From Octopus vulgaris (Eukaryota): a DNA stretch of 64,000 bases. Below the pieces are notes generated by a model, which had not been told where the DNA came from, did not search any database, and was given only the letters and a program-made list of their open reading frames with translations. Each line of letters begins with the position of its first letter. Within the stretch, counting starts at the first letter, position 1. The stretch is from contig OX597814.1 of assembly GCA_951406725.2 (NCBI GenBank), forward strand, positions 3,162,001-3,226,000, in the 5' to 3' direction. A program made the translations under genes and the position numbers. Below are positions 27,770 through 43,055 of this stretch, piece by piece.

Positions 27770-28119
27770 TTCATAACCAATGACTCCAAGTCATCTTGTT
27801 GGACTCTCGATAGATAATGCCATTTCTTATTACTTCTTATTACTATTACTCTATGAGTTTATTAGAAACAAGATTATCAACCATTAAAAGAACAAAAGCA
27901 AATGGAGACGATGTGCTCACAAAGTCGTTAATACATCGGATCAAGTGATTAGCGACATATCTTCTGGTGTTACGTTTTGAGTACAAACCCCATCAAGGGC
28001 AACATTATCATTCGGATTTGATGAAACAAAATACTAATCGATAACTGGGTTCGATTCGTTCCCTTCCCATAAATCAATAACTTTGGGTCACATTTTGAAG
28101 GGTTTATTATTAAGGAGTG

Positions 28120-28335
28120 CGAGTGTGCAGAGTCATTAATACGACGGACAAAATAATTATTGGAGTTTTTTTTTTTCGGCTTTTTACATTCTGAATTCAA
28201 ATCCTGATGAGGCCACTTCTGTCCTTTATTCTTTCGGAGCTGATGACATGAAGTACCAGTCAAGTACCAGGGTCGATGTAATCGACTTCCTCCTCCCCAC
28301 AAAATTGCTGGCCTTGTGCCAAAATTTGAAACAAT
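28120..28335 (+). mobile_element. SINE family A-related copy (diverged)
   Basis: ctgaattcaaatcc...aagtaccag...gggtcgatgtaatcgac...ggccttgtgccaaaatttgaaac. Confidence 0.65.
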
Positions 28336-28746
28336 TAGGGTGGGGAAGCAACCGACAAAAACAGCGGTGGAGGACAGTGGCTAGAGAAATTGTTAAAATG
28401 GTGAAGAGTGACAGACAGTGTTCGGTGATAGCTGTCTGTTCGAACTTGGCAAACTTGGGGCTAAACAACAAACGCAAAAATAAATTCGAAAGAAAATATT
28501 AAACCTTTAAAACAACTGAGTGGAAGGAAAACGGTAAAAACAATGAAGAGTAACAGAAGGAGAAGAGGAAAAGTATATGGGTAAGAGGATGGGGGGGGAT
28601 GAAATGACCCAGGAGTCTGAGTGTGGATAATGTTTGTAGTAGTGAATGGAATAAGCAATATATGGACATGAAGATGTGTTGCCATAGTGCTTTGGACTAA
28701 ATTCTAATACTAGTACTAGTACTACTACTACTACTACTACTACTAC

Positions 28747-28809
<63 letters not shown>

Positions 28810-28868
28810 TAATAATAATAATAATAACAACAACAACAACAACAACAATGATAATAATGATGATGATG

Positions 28869-28921
<53 letters not shown>

Positions 28922-30866
28922 TATGATGATGATGATGAAGATGAGGATGATGAGGATGGGGATGATGATAACACACGCTCAGACACGCATACACATATTA
29001 AATAAATTATTTTATAAATCCTTTAGATTAACTCTGATGAGAGAAATATAGATGATTGTTATGGTTGGAATTAACTCGCCCACACCATTTCATACCTCCT
29101 CGAAACGGCCGTCAGGCTTTGCACCTGCTCAAGATTCCTTTTAAAAATCATGTTATACCAATTTTCTCATCTATTTGTATTACCGCTATACATTCGCCAT
29201 CAGCATATTTTAATATTCTCATTGATTTTAATACGGACGAACAACCTCGAAAGTACATTTATGTATTTTTATATATTTTTGTCTTTGATTTTGATTTTGA
29301 TTTTTCCAGTTTCAGCTAATAAGCTGTGGCCATGCTGGGGCACCTGTGTATATGAAAGTGCCTATGTATGCTGTGGAGTATTTGGACACTTTGAAATATA
29401 TTGAGTGAATATGAACACTGAGTTTGAAATTTGTTCTCTCTCTCTAATTTAATTAGAGGATTTATTCACCTCGTGAAGGGATGGTTTCATCCAAGGAAAT
29501 ACAAGTATTTTAAGGAATGAATTTCCTTAAAACAATAGGTATATATATAAATCATATAGTTTATCCAAATGAGTATGCCCTGCAACTATTCCTTCCATAA
29601 TCTAAGTCTAGAGCCGTGTGATTCATGATTAAATTTAAATCTGAACATTGCAGCCTTCGGCACCGACACCATGGGTTCCGGGATACAGTTATCCGCTCCT
29701 CCACTTGACCATATATTAGGTGCCTCTTTAGGTTAGAATAAATGAGATTACTGAGGGGGTGCCATTCCGGAAGGTTATGTTATTAAGATAAGACTGATCT
29801 TTCTGCAGCCAGACAACGAAATCTAAGTTGTTTATAACCTGACCAAAATCGAATGACCTAACCCTTTCAGGGGTTTTGAAATATTTCTGGGTATTTATTG
29901 AATTGGTGGATGATTGGGACTGTTTGTAAGGGACACATGTTGGGACTTGGAATGCAACACATCAGACATCGTAGTTCTTATGTACCCCGTCAGATCTATT
30001 TGAGCGGGTCGATGATTAAAGACGTTCTCACCGTTACCAGCCTGGATATAAGGAAGAAGGTTGGGGTTTTAGAATGGTCTAGTTATTATTTCTAGCTGTT
30101 CCAATGAGCGCGTAGAAATTCTTTCGTTGTGGTTGTTGATATTGAGGATGATAGTGATGAAAACGTTTTATATAAAAATTGTTAGAAATGTCAATTTAAG
30201 AAAGAAAAGACGAAATGCAGCATTATCGGGAATCGAACTACCACCTCACAGCTTTACAGGTGACTGTTTATTCAACGAAATAAATACCAGTGATTCCTGC
30301 TTCACAAATTCGATATTATAAATCTTTATTTTTTCCTGCTATTTTATCTCCCCAAATTGGTCAGTTACTTAACGCCAGGAGGAGAGGTATTCCGCTATTA
30401 CACATCACAGTGAGATGTTCATAATACAATCAACATATCAGAGAAAAAATGGTTTTAGAAGAGAGAATGCTGGGTAATCTATAGTGTAACCGGAGGCGCT
30501 GTCACTCGGCAAACAAGAGATGCAGGGTTCAAATCCCATCAATAGGCATGTTGTACTTCTCTTATTTAATTTGGTGCTTACATTGACTATTATGTCTAAT
30601 ACTATCTACATTTAACTCAAACTACTATGTGGTATTCTGCGGTGTATTCTACAGCGAAATATCACGTGAGAAACTGAAGAAAAATGTTGAAATTTGGTTC
30701 CAGTATTTTCATTATAGAATATGGCGGAAAATGGTTGACATTATCCCAATATTTCTCAATAATTTATTCTACATTTCATCTTTGCCACAGAATAAAATTC
30801 TTTCTCCTAGAACCCAGCGCAGGTCAGCATCACGACAGATTTTCCTCTGTTCTTTATATCGAACAC

Positions 30867-31311
30867 ATTCTTTTACTTCTTTCAGTCATTTGACTGCGGC
30901 CATGCTGGAGCACTGCCTTTAGTCGAGCAAATCGACCCCAGGACTTATTCTTTGTAAGCTTAGTACTTATTCGATCCGTCTCTTTTGCCGAAACGCAAAG
31001 TTACGGGCACATAAACACACCAACATCGGTTGTCAAGCGATAGTAGTGGGGCAAAACACATACACACAAATACATATATACATGCATATATATATATGTG
31101 TGTGTGTGTGTGTGCGTGTGTGTTGTGTGTGTATGTATGTGTGTATATTCATTTATATATATATATATACGACGGTCTTCTTTCAGTTTCCGTCTACCAA
31201 GAAGTGTCTTCTACTATAGCCCAAAGCTATAGTAGAAGACATTTGGCTAAGGTACCACGCAGTGGGACTGAACCCGGAACCATGTGGTTGGTAAGCAAGC
31301 TATTTACCACG
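30867..31311 (-). mobile_element. SINE family B, head interrupted by a family C SINE
   Basis: Reverse complement match to family B; interrupted at atttaccacg. Confidence 0.87.
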
Positions 31312-31698
31312 TGGAGGCACAATGGCCCAGTGGTTAGGGAGCGGACTCGCAGTCATAGGATCGCGGTTTCGATTCCCAGACCGGGCGTTGTGAGTGTTTA
31401 TTGAGCGAAAACACCTAAAAAAGCTCCACGAGGCTCCGGCAGGGGATGGTGGTGATCCCTGCTGTACTCTTTCACCACAACTTTCTCTCACTCTTACTTC
31501 CTGTTTCTGTTGTACCTGTATTTCAAAAGGGCCGGCCTTGTTACTCTCTGTGTCACTCTGAATATCCCCGAGAACTGCGTTAAGGGTACACGTGTCTGTG
31601 GAGTGCTCAGCCACTTACACGTTAATTTCACGAGCAGGCTGTTCCGTTGATTCGGATCAACCGGAACCCTCATCGTCGTAACCGACGGAGTGCTTCCC
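31312..31698 (+). mobile_element. tRNA-derived SINE family C, full length with 10-bp TSD
   Basis: tRNA-like head tggcccagtggttagg...ggtttcgattccc; tail shared with 510-815; TSD atttaccacg at 31302-31311 and 31699-31708. Confidence 0.9.
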
Positions 31699-32223
31699 AT
31701 TTACCACGCAAATCAATACAGTAGGATCCCTTAAGTACATAACCGAAGTGTACATACGGCCCTTTAGATCCCTGGGCCACCCGGGCATCTACCCAGTGTT
31801 TCATGCTTTAAAAGGGCATTGTTATATTCTTCTTTCATTGCTAATGATCATATATTTTCCAGTCTAATCTGGTAAGGAAATAAGGACTGGTGACGCCTTC
31901 GCTGGTTTGATGCTGTTCTTTCGTGTCTGTCGGTAAAACTTCTTTTAATTCTAGGACAGGAATGGTGCTTGCGTCAGAGATACACAAACAGTATGCTCCA
32001 GAAGCAACAGAACTTAGAGAATTTTTAACCAACTCGAGAAGTTTAAATCTCTTGATGTAAGGGTTCATACGGCATGTCTTCATCGTTGCCTTAAAAAAAC
32101 TGAGAATATTCACTCTTGGGATTTTTATACGAGAAAGAATGGAAAAACTGAAAGGATTGGAGAGTTTCACAAGATCACTTGTATGTTGTTTTTTATTGCA
32201 GCCACGGGGATTTTAGAAATCAT

Positions 32224-32632
32224 AGTGGCTGTGTGGTAAGTAGCTTGCTAACCAACCACATGGTTCCGGGTTCAGTCCCACTGCGTGGCATCTTGGGCAG
32301 GTGTCTTCTGCTATAGCCCTGGGCCGACCAATGCCTTGTGAGTGGATTTGGTAGACGGAAAATGAAAGAAGCCTGTCGTATATATGTATATATGTATATA
32401 TATATGTGTGTGTGTATTTGTGTGTCTATGTTTGTCCCCCTAGCATTGCTTGACAACCGATGCTGGTGTGTTTACGTCCCCGTAACTTAGCGGTTCGGGA
32501 AAAGAGACCGATAGAATAAGTACTGGGCTTACAAAGAATAAGTCCCGGGGTCGATTTGATCGACTAAAAGGCGGTGCTCCAGCATGGCCGCAGTCAAATG
32601 ACTGAAACAAGTAAAAGAGTAAAAAGAGAGAG
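32224..32632 (+). mobile_element. SINE family B, near full length
   Basis: Cleanest copy in the window; ends in an (aaaagagt)-type tail. Confidence 0.9.
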
Positions 32633-32908
32633 TATTATTCTTGATAGACATGAAACTGCAACGCTACTGCAGCGGTAGATATATAGCAACTTTTATTTAA
32701 GAGCTTTTCAGCACAAGTGTGTTGTAAAAACCCAGATCTCGAAAAACAAGTGAGAAAAAGGGTTAGGGTTAACAAACGTTGAAGATGAATCTCTGTCACG
32801 ACCCTCGTTTAGATCATGGAGATGAATGTTTCCTGAATTTAGTGAGACAAAGAATGTTTAAAGCAAAATTACTGTTGTTGTTGTTGTTATTGTTACTGCT
32901 GCTGCTGC

Positions 32909-32951
<43 letters not shown>

Positions 32952-33109
32952 ACTGCTGCTGCTGTAACAACATACCTATGTCTGTCCATGTTTGTCCCCT
33001 CTATGTTTAGCCCCCTTGTGGGTAATAAAGAAATAGGTATTGTTGAAAATCGTTGACGTTGTGGTGGTGGTGGTGGTGGTGGTGGTGGTGTTGCTGCTGG
33101 TGCTGTTGG

Positions 33110-33140
<31 letters not shown>

Positions 33141-33719
33141 AAGCAACAAGACGGGTAAGGGTGATTAGGTGATGGTCTAGGGCTTAGGAGCGGGAGACTC
33201 CCAGACTTTGAAAAAAAAAAACTTTGGTCGTCTTGTTGTAGTGGAGGGCTCTTCGTTGACGCCTGACACTACTGGGAGAGGTGGCCCTCGAAGTCGCTGG
33301 AAATGGAGATCTTCAGATCCAAATTCTTGAACGGCTGATGTTGCAGCTGTTGCTATTGATGTTGTTAAACCTAAGGTCTGTTCTGATCCAGCAAATCTAT
33401 GATCGAAGTTATTCTGATCTGATTTTCATTCAAACTGCAGAATCCAATGTATTCCTCAAATTTTTTTTCACAAGGATTGGATTGTGTTTTGAGTGAGGCC
33501 CCTTTACCAATTCTGTGGACGTGCGACAGCAACGAGGCACCATGGCCAGCTCAAATATACGCGGTGTTTCAAAATGGCGAGACGTGGGTTGATATCACGG
33601 AAACGTCTCACCAGGAAAAAAAATTCTAATTATTGAACCATGTTGACAACAGTCGTTTAGCACCGGTCACTGAATTATGTAGAATGTATATAATTCAGTA
33701 TAGATATATGTAAAGAGTG

Positions 33720-33724
33720 TATAC

Positions 33725-33804
<80 letters not shown>

Positions 33805-33815
33805 ACACTCTTTAC

Positions 33816-33865
<50 letters not shown>

Positions 33866-33911
33866 TGCTTCTGCTGTCTTTATACACTTTCTTTAGGCTC
33901 ATTTCATTTCC

Positions 33912-33943
<32 letters not shown>

Positions 33944-34280
33944 TGTATGTATGTATTTATGTATGTATGTATGTTTACATGTATGTATGTATGTATATAT
34001 GTGTGTATGTATGTATGCATGTATGCATGTATGTATGTATGCATGTATGCATGTATGTATGTATGTATGTATGTATGTATGTATGCATGTATGCATGTAT
34101 GTATGTATGTATGTATGTCTGTTTGTATGTATGTATGTATGCATGTATGTATGTATGTGTGTATGTATGTATGTATATATATGTATGTACGTACATATGT
34201 ATGTATGCATGCATGTATGTATGTATATATGTATTGTGTATGTATGTATGTATGTATGTATGTATGTATGTATGTACATG
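33720..34280. repeat. (TA)n and (TATG)n microsatellites
   Basis: Directly visible. Confidence 0.95.
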
Positions 34281-35217
34281 CGTGTGTATAATCTTTTACC
34301 CTTTATCACAGAAAGTAAAACAAGAGACCATTTTGGCGTATTACTTTCACCTGCCATTTTCTGATATTCTTCGATAACTGCAAAACTTTTAGTGAACTTT
34401 ACTTTTTACTTATCTCTTCTTCCATCTTTTTTTCTTCCTAGACCAAACACAAAAGTCCAAAACATTGAAATCATCCCTGCTTATTCCCTGTAGTGTAACA
34501 TTAATTACTTCTTATTCCTGTATATTTTTCTGTGTTACTTTATTCCTGAATTTTTTCTATAGATATATTACTGTTTTGAAGCAGACTCTCAGCTCTGTAT
34601 TTCAATGGAGTAAACTTAAGTTGCAAGCACAAACAGTAGTTTACACATAAACTATAGTGTATATATAGATTATAGTCCATGGACACATGTACCATACATA
34701 AATATATACGTATTTTGTATAGATATAGATATCTGGATCAGATTCTAACGTGTGGTTATGTTGCTTGCTTCACGATTACCTTGTTCCAAGATTAATTCCA
34801 CTGCAAATTGGGCGAATGGTTTCTCTCTTAACCTGTAGCCAACTATGACTTTCTTGATAAACAATTACATCGAATCTCTCCAAATTAACTTGGGTCAGCA
34901 AATGGTGGTGTGTGTTGCAAGGTAGATATGAAATTAAGAGTTTGCCACACTCTGTCTGTGTCACTGTGTAATATGTTTCATTTTATACGATGATACATAA
35001 CTGTCACAGTCCACCTAACTGCAAATAGAGCCTTATTCAATTATGCTAGTAGCACATAGGAAACATTTTTAAACTGCAAAAGAAAGCAATATGGAACGAT
35101 TTATACATGTTGATATTTTGATCTTGAAGTTCCACAGCTCTATACATGTTATGTGTCATATATATATACATGTGTGTGCGTGTGTGTGTTTGTGTCATTA
35201 CATATACGTCCGCATAC

Positions 35218-35267
<50 letters not shown>

Positions 35268-35271
<4 letters not shown>

Positions 35272-35404
35272 CTCTTTATTCCTTTCTGTTGAAGAGCGTA
35301 GGCTCGAAACGTAAAAGAATTCCTCACTTCCTGAGCGTCAAACTAACACACCTGCTTGTTGTTCATCCACCTGTCTTCGTCTTTTGTGTTTCAATAAATT
35401 TCGA

Positions 35405-35407
<3 letters not shown>
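35268..35407 (+). mobile_element. Penelope-like pLTR remnant with near-canonical hammerhead
   Basis: CTTT CTGTTGA A GAGC-GTAG-GCTC GAAA CGTA AAAG (35282-35317), then AATAAA; flanked by (TA)n on both sides. Confidence 0.6.
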
Positions 35408-35437
<30 letters not shown>

Positions 35438-35481
35438 AGTAGTTTGTGAGTGTATTCATACATACATACATACATACATAC

Positions 35482-35546
<65 letters not shown>

Positions 35547-36066
35547 TGCATATATACATACATTGTAAACTTTAAAAAGCGCGACAATTTACAAAAGGTT
35601 TTGGGCGCAGCAGAATGTTCCATCCACCTGTTCACTGCTACTGTGTTCGACGTTGTTTTACACCATCATAGTTCCAAATTGATAGGTGTATCGAATCCAC
35701 ATCACTATGTTATAAAAGTAGCGCAGAAAACATAATCGGTATTTTAACGTATCGTATTGCATAATAGGGCCTTCCGGCGTACGTAATACCAGCTCTCGGC
35801 TTATTGAAACACGTATTCGTTATCATTGTATATAGCAGAGAAATACCGGTTACGGATTTTTTAGTTATCGTTCCCATATGTGTGTGTATGTGTGTATGTG
35901 TGTGTGCGTGTGTGTGTGTACATGCATATGTGCGTGTATATATATATATATTATATTATATTATATTATATTAGAAGAAACGGGACAACAAAAACCATGG
36001 CAGGACGAGTATGTCAAGTCCTTTAGAATATTTGATTAAGGTAAGGTGAATTTGAAGTCTTACACG

Positions 36067-36440
36067 GAGGCGTGGCTCTATGGTGAGTAGTTTTCTTTCC
36101 AACCACATGGTCCCGGGTTCAGTCCCACTGCGTGGCATCTTAGACAAGTGTCTTCTACTATAGCCTCGCACCGACAAAAACCTTGTGTAGATTTGGTAGA
36201 CTGAAAGAAGTTCGTCGTATATATGTATATATTTGTGTGTGTATTTGTTCACCCACACCAGCATCGCTTGACAACCGATGTTGGTGTGTTTATGTCCCCG
36301 TAACTAAGCAGTGCGACAAATAGACCGATAGAATAAATACTAAGCTTACAAATAATAAGTCCTGGGGTCGACGTGTTCGACTAAAGGCGTTGCTCCAGGA
36401 TGGCCGTAGTCAAATCACTGAAACAAGTAAAAGAGTAAAC
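36067..36440 (+). mobile_element. SINE family B
   Basis: Family B head, body and tail. Confidence 0.85.
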
Positions 36441-37477
36441 GAATATATGTAATTTATACATTGACTTTGGAGGTCAGAGTATATATACTACAGCTGGGGC
36501 CACTCGTAAGTAGCGCAGATTGTTTAGCTGGTTCTTGCATCAATGAAATTTAATGTCACAAAATCGGAAAACCTTCATTCCTAACAGAATAAGTGTATTC
36601 GTCTATTTAGATCGTATGTCTGCGCTATCTGCATATGTACTGTTTTATGGGTGCGTGGCTGTCTCCGGTGGTTGCGATAATATCGTGTAACATACTGTCG
36701 AATGTGAAAGTCGATCCCATTAAATCAGTTTGGTTTTGCCAAGCCTCAGAGCAGACCTGATCGAGAAAACTTTCATCAAGAAAACTTTCACATCTTACTT
36801 TTAAACCTAGTGTATCTAGGGCTACATTAACCAGTGTTCCATTCCATCTTTTATTCTGAGCATCTGATGCTCGCTCTTCGCGGTTAACAATTTGAAAATC
36901 TCTTAGACTTTCAGGATCGAATCATAAGTGACATTTCATGGAAAACAATTTGAGAATATTGAAAACAGATAAACACACTAAAACAAGTGGAAACTCCAGT
37001 CAGAAATAAAACCTTTATTTCAAATATGGGAACACCAAGAACGTCCCTGTTTTTTTTTGTTTTTTTTTTTCATTATTATTATTTTTCAACATAAAAAGGA
37101 AATGGGATTTCGGAATCATGACAAAAAAGGTAACGTCCAATAATAGCAGTTAAAATATTCTAGTAATAAACAAAATACACGGATACCTTTGCAGCAAAAA
37201 TGAAAGCCACAATCGATAAATTGATCTTCAAGCAATTTTGAAGCAATTAGAAGTAAAACCAGTGAATAAGAAACCAGGAGTTCGAACCTGACTTATTTTT
37301 TTTTACTGGTACTGATAACATAGAGGTGCAAAAAGAAAGGGAGACCTTTAGTTTTTTAATTTTTTTCGTTATTTTTTTTTTATTATTTTAATATTTTGGT
37401 GTGGTGTTGGATTGTGGCTAAACAATTCCTTCAGATAAAATAGTGCAAAGATTATGGTAAATATTCATCAATTATTT

Positions 37478-37820
<343 letters not shown>

Positions 37821-38255
37821 GTTGGGGTTATTTTTACATTTACATACACAGAAGGACAAAGTAAGCTGATCACATGAGAGAAGTCCAATAAAGAAACATG
37901 TTAGAGGAAGTATTCTAGCAAAAGATCAGAGAATGGAGTGGAGTGGCGGTCAGAAAAAACAAACAAAAAGAAACGTGAGATAGGATGGTGTCTAGACATT
38001 CGATTCATTGAACAGTGATGAATCAATAACTTAAATTTTGTATGTCTAATTAATGTATTAATTGGATGTATGGAGGTTAGTAAACATACTCGCTTTTATA
38101 GAAGTGAGTTTGTGTACAAGTATATACATATACATATATTCAAACATATATGTGATTATAGATATACACACAAACCAACAACACACACTTTATATATATA
38201 TAAACATACACACACACACATATATATATATATATACATATATATAGGTATATAC

Positions 38256-38318
<63 letters not shown>

Positions 38319-38961
38319 CACACACATATATATATATATGTATATGTATATATATATACATGTATGTATATATGCACACAGAGAATGAGAAGGATGGCAC
38401 ATATGCTTGTATTTACATACATATATATATACATATATATATATATGCATACATATATGCATGCATATATATATATATGTATGTATGTAGGTAGGTAGGT
38501 ATGTTCCGTATATATGTGTGTGATTATTTAGTATCTACAAATGCATATATGCATATACGTTTATATATGCATACACACAAATACATTCTTATAGGTATAT
38601 AGATTTGTGTGACTATTTGATATATATATATACAAATACATATATATAAAATACACAAAGACATAAATGAACATTTTAATATGGAACTGGGCTCATATAT
38701 ACTGGTGAGAATGTTTGTTTGTGTTTTTGTATGTGTTTGAGAAACAGGCCAATTGTTACTTGTGCACTTTTGACGCATCTACCAGCATAAACGACATTTG
38801 TAAGTGAAAGAAACTTTCTATGAGGTATCATACTTTCAAACTGGGTCTAAAATGGCGGATAGCTGAATATGTATCGGAAAATGGCTGAGATTAAAAAGAA
38901 CGTTGGGTTTAAGCATCGGAAATATCGCCGACTATCTAACAGATGATTATTTTTGACCGTG

Positions 38962-39011
<50 letters not shown>

Positions 39012-39794
39012 AATGTGTAATGTACAAGTATATATGTATATACGTAAATGCGTGTATATATATATATATAATGATGGGCAATGTGAGTAGAAATATATAC
39101 ATACATATATATATACATATATATATATGTATATATATGTATATATATATACATGGATATGTGTATGTTTATATTACATAGAATAAAATATACAAAATTT
39201 TATACATATACGCAGAGTAAAATTATATATACACGCATTACACACACACACACACGAACACACACACACACATACGTACATGCATACATACATACATACA
39301 TACATACATACATACATACATACATACATACATACATACATACATACATAAATCATACGCGCACACATATGCAATGCATAAATACGTGTGTGTATAAAAT
39401 ACAGGTTTGCCATGAGTGCACACACGTTCAAACATGTCCGCTCATGTAGCTACATGTCCCTACGAGAAATGTGTTCCACAGTGACTATCTTCCGTTGCGC
39501 TCACTCATGGAGGAGAAAATGCAGGAGAAATTTCATTGGAGCCGGTTTTGCATTCAAATCTCTATGAGGAATGAAAACTAATGGTTTTGAAAGAAGCTCT
39601 GTAACTACTGGAACTGAACAGATTAAGGATGGCGCTGGCAGCAAAGGTTCTATTTATTGTCTTCTAATTCTAAAGCAAAGGATATTTTGAGAGTTACATA
39701 TGTGGTAGATGATGCTTGTCTGGAGGGTCACGCTATTGTAATTACTAAACTGACAGAAACGGTTCTCAAATCAATAGTCTTTTATAATAAACGT

Positions 39795-40005
39795 TTCAAA
39801 TTTTGACGTATGACCCGCAGTTTCGGTAAGTGGGTAAGTGGATTTCATCGACCCCAGAGTGTAACTGGTACTTATTTCATCAACCCCGAAACTATGAAAG
39901 ACAAAGACGACCTCGGCGGAATTTAAACTCAGAACGTGAAGACGAAAGAAATGTCGCCAAGCATTTTGTCCGGCATGCTTATCATTCTACCAGCTTGCTA
40001 CCTTT
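39795..40005 (-). mobile_element. SINE family A-related copy (diverged)
   Basis: tcgaccccag...ctggtactt...gacctcggcggaatttaaactcaga. Confidence 0.72.
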
Positions 40006-40244
40006 CTCTTATTTGTAATAATCATAATATTTCTCTTCTTACGTAAGTACAGGGCCAGAAACTAGGGGACTGTTTCTATATTTTATCAATGAATGGTTAA
40101 GTTTACCTCGGCGGGATTAAATACTTCTCGGAATACATGACCGAATGGCATTTCTTCCGATGCTTGAACGTTTCTGATAAATGATGAGAGATGATAATTT
40201 ATGGGAAAATGATGGGATGCTGCCATACATGAGGATAATGATAA

Positions 40245-40457
40245 TGGTTTCAAATTTTTACACAAGGCCAGCAATTTCGGGGGTGGGTTGTGTCGATTAC
40301 TCCAGCTCCAGTGATAAACTGGTACTTGTTTTATCGACCCCGAAAAGATGAAAGGCAAAGTCGACCTCGTTGGAATTTGAGCTCAGAACACGAAGACAGA
40401 CGAAATGCCGCTAAGTATTTTGCCCGGCGTGCAAACGATTCTTCCAGTTCACCGCTT
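40245..40457 (-). mobile_element. SINE family A-related copy
   Basis: atcgaccccgaaaagatgaaaggcaaagtcgacctc...gaaatgccgctaag. Confidence 0.8.
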
Positions 40458-41081
40458 TCATGATGACGATGATGATCATAATGATGATGATTTTCTGTCT
40501 GTCTTGAGTCTCAGAACTCATACGCCCGTAGCTGAACTTGGTTTCCGCAGCATAAAAGAGGCGGAAATTACCATTCTACCTTCTCATTGAATGGGATGCC
40601 AGTCCATTCCTGGGTCATCGTCCCCTCCATTCATTGATGGAATAATGCGAAATGAAGTGTTTTGCTCAAGAACACAATATACCACCCAGTACGAGGGCCG
40701 AAACCACGATCGTACAAGCAAAAACTAGAACCCCTAGGCCACACACCTGAAGACGATATATTTGGCTAGATGGACATGCAAAAAGGATAAACTGAAAACC
40801 AGTATGTCTAACAGTTGTGTAATCTAGCTAGGAAGGACAAACGTTAAATCCGAACACTAAGAATGGACCAGACGAATAAAGGAATGCGTAAATGAAGAGA
40901 ACCAGGAATGATGACAGAAGGTCAAAGAATATTGGAGAAGATGAATAGCTTTGATTACAAGCATGCAACCGGTAAAAAAATTTTTGAGAAGATACGAAAG
41001 GGTATGGGGTTTCGTAGTTGAAATACGGAAATCGACAGAAACTCTTGAGGTATTCCTAGTTCCACACACACACTCGCCATC

Positions 41082-41082
<1 letters not shown>

Positions 41083-41169
<87 letters not shown>

Positions 41170-41326
41170 CTTTCTGATGAATTTCAAGAATAATGCTAGT
41201 AATAAACATGGATTCAAAATTTTTCTAAAAATTTAGCTATTATATCGGTTTTATCAAAAATCATTTTTATCATTGCTGTTGTTGTTATTATTATCATTAT
41301 TGTTGTTGTTGTTGGTGTTGTTGCTG

Positions 41327-41357
<31 letters not shown>

Positions 41358-41419
41358 CATTATCATCATCATTATTATTATTATCATTATTATTATTATT
41401 ATTATTATTACTATTATTA

Positions 41420-41481
<62 letters not shown>

Positions 41482-41617
41482 CTGAAGTCGTCGTTGTTGC
41501 TACTGTAATTCTATTTGTTGTTGTTGCTGACATCTGAGCAAGTTCAGAAGTTCAAAAAATATATATATTACAATAATAATAATAATAATAATAATAGCAA
41601 TAATAATCATAATAATG

Positions 41618-41659
<42 letters not shown>

Positions 41660-41660
41660 G
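41083..41660. repeat. (GATA)n and (ATT/AAT)n microsatellites
   Basis: Directly visible. Confidence 0.93.
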
Positions 41661-41977
41661 CAAAGACAACAACAATGAAGCCTCCGTTACTATATTATAG
41701 AATGAAAATTAATTAGAAAGAAAGCGAGGGAAGAAAAAAAGACTTTAAATTATTTTAAAATTTCCAAACAAGAAAAAGAAAAAAATTTAAACCTAATTTT
41801 GAAAGAAAAAAATCTAAAAAATATATTACAGATACATATATAACAAATATATATAATGAAATTTGAATAAATAATTACAATTTAAAAAAATAAATACTTT
41901 CCAATTGAAAATACGATTAACGTCTTAGTTTAAGGAGAGTTTTAATTAATATTTCACCTTAATGTGCGCCATCTGTA

Positions 41978-42049
<72 letters not shown>

Positions 42050-42120
42050 TATTATCATTATTATTACTATTATTATTATTATTATTATTATTACTACTAC
42101 TACTACTACTATTATCTTCA

Positions 42121-42158
<38 letters not shown>

Positions 42159-42689
42159 TAATTTAGTTATTTATTGTTTTATATGGTTGTTAGTAGTTGT
42201 GTGATGCAGTGTATTTCCTGAGAGTGTGTGTGCATGCATGTATAAGTTTATATATGAGTGTGTTATAGAGGGTTCTGCGTGAGAAATGGAGACGGTATAT
42301 TTGGCGCCCATTCCACACTGTCTCGCGTTCTATATATATATATATATAAAACTTGTAACATTTCTGTGTATAACCATCGTTTATTATGTATATATTTTTT
42401 ATCACTTCCATAATAATTTATGATGCTGCTGCTGCATATCTGGGTGTATATTATTATATACCCTGGTTTGATGCCTTGATTCTGTACGTCTTTAGAATAT
42501 CAACATCATCATCATCATCACCATCATCATCATCTCACCTATATGTGTATCTATGCGCTGTGGTTTATGATTATTATTGGCCTATATTCATATAGGCATA
42601 CATATTATATACTCATATGTGCGTGTGTGTGTGTGTGTGAGACAGAGAGAGAGAAAAAAAGAGAATTTTATATGTATATATATATATAC

Positions 42690-42733
<44 letters not shown>

Positions 42734-42736
42734 GTA

Positions 42737-42799
<63 letters not shown>

Positions 42800-43010
42800 G
42801 TGTATATATATATATATATATACATATATGAATATATATATGTATATATATATACAAATAGATTGATAGATACATACATACATAGACAGATACATACATA
42901 CATCTAAATATCTATACAAATATATATAGTTAATATAATGAAATATATATGTATATATTATATATGTATATATTATATATTTCTATATTAAGAAATACGT
43001 ATACACATAC

Positions 43011-43055
<45 letters not shown>

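Noticed and set aside
30210-30550. Two divergent tRNA-like segments with A/B-box-like motifs
   Set aside because: No complete cloverleaf can be built; probably decayed SINE heads rather than tRNA genes.
31841-32170. 109-aa non-repetitive ORF
   Set aside because: No recognisable motif or exon context; likely chance or a decayed TE.
32759-32771. gggttagggtt telomere-like motif
   Set aside because: Only about two units; not an interstitial telomere array.
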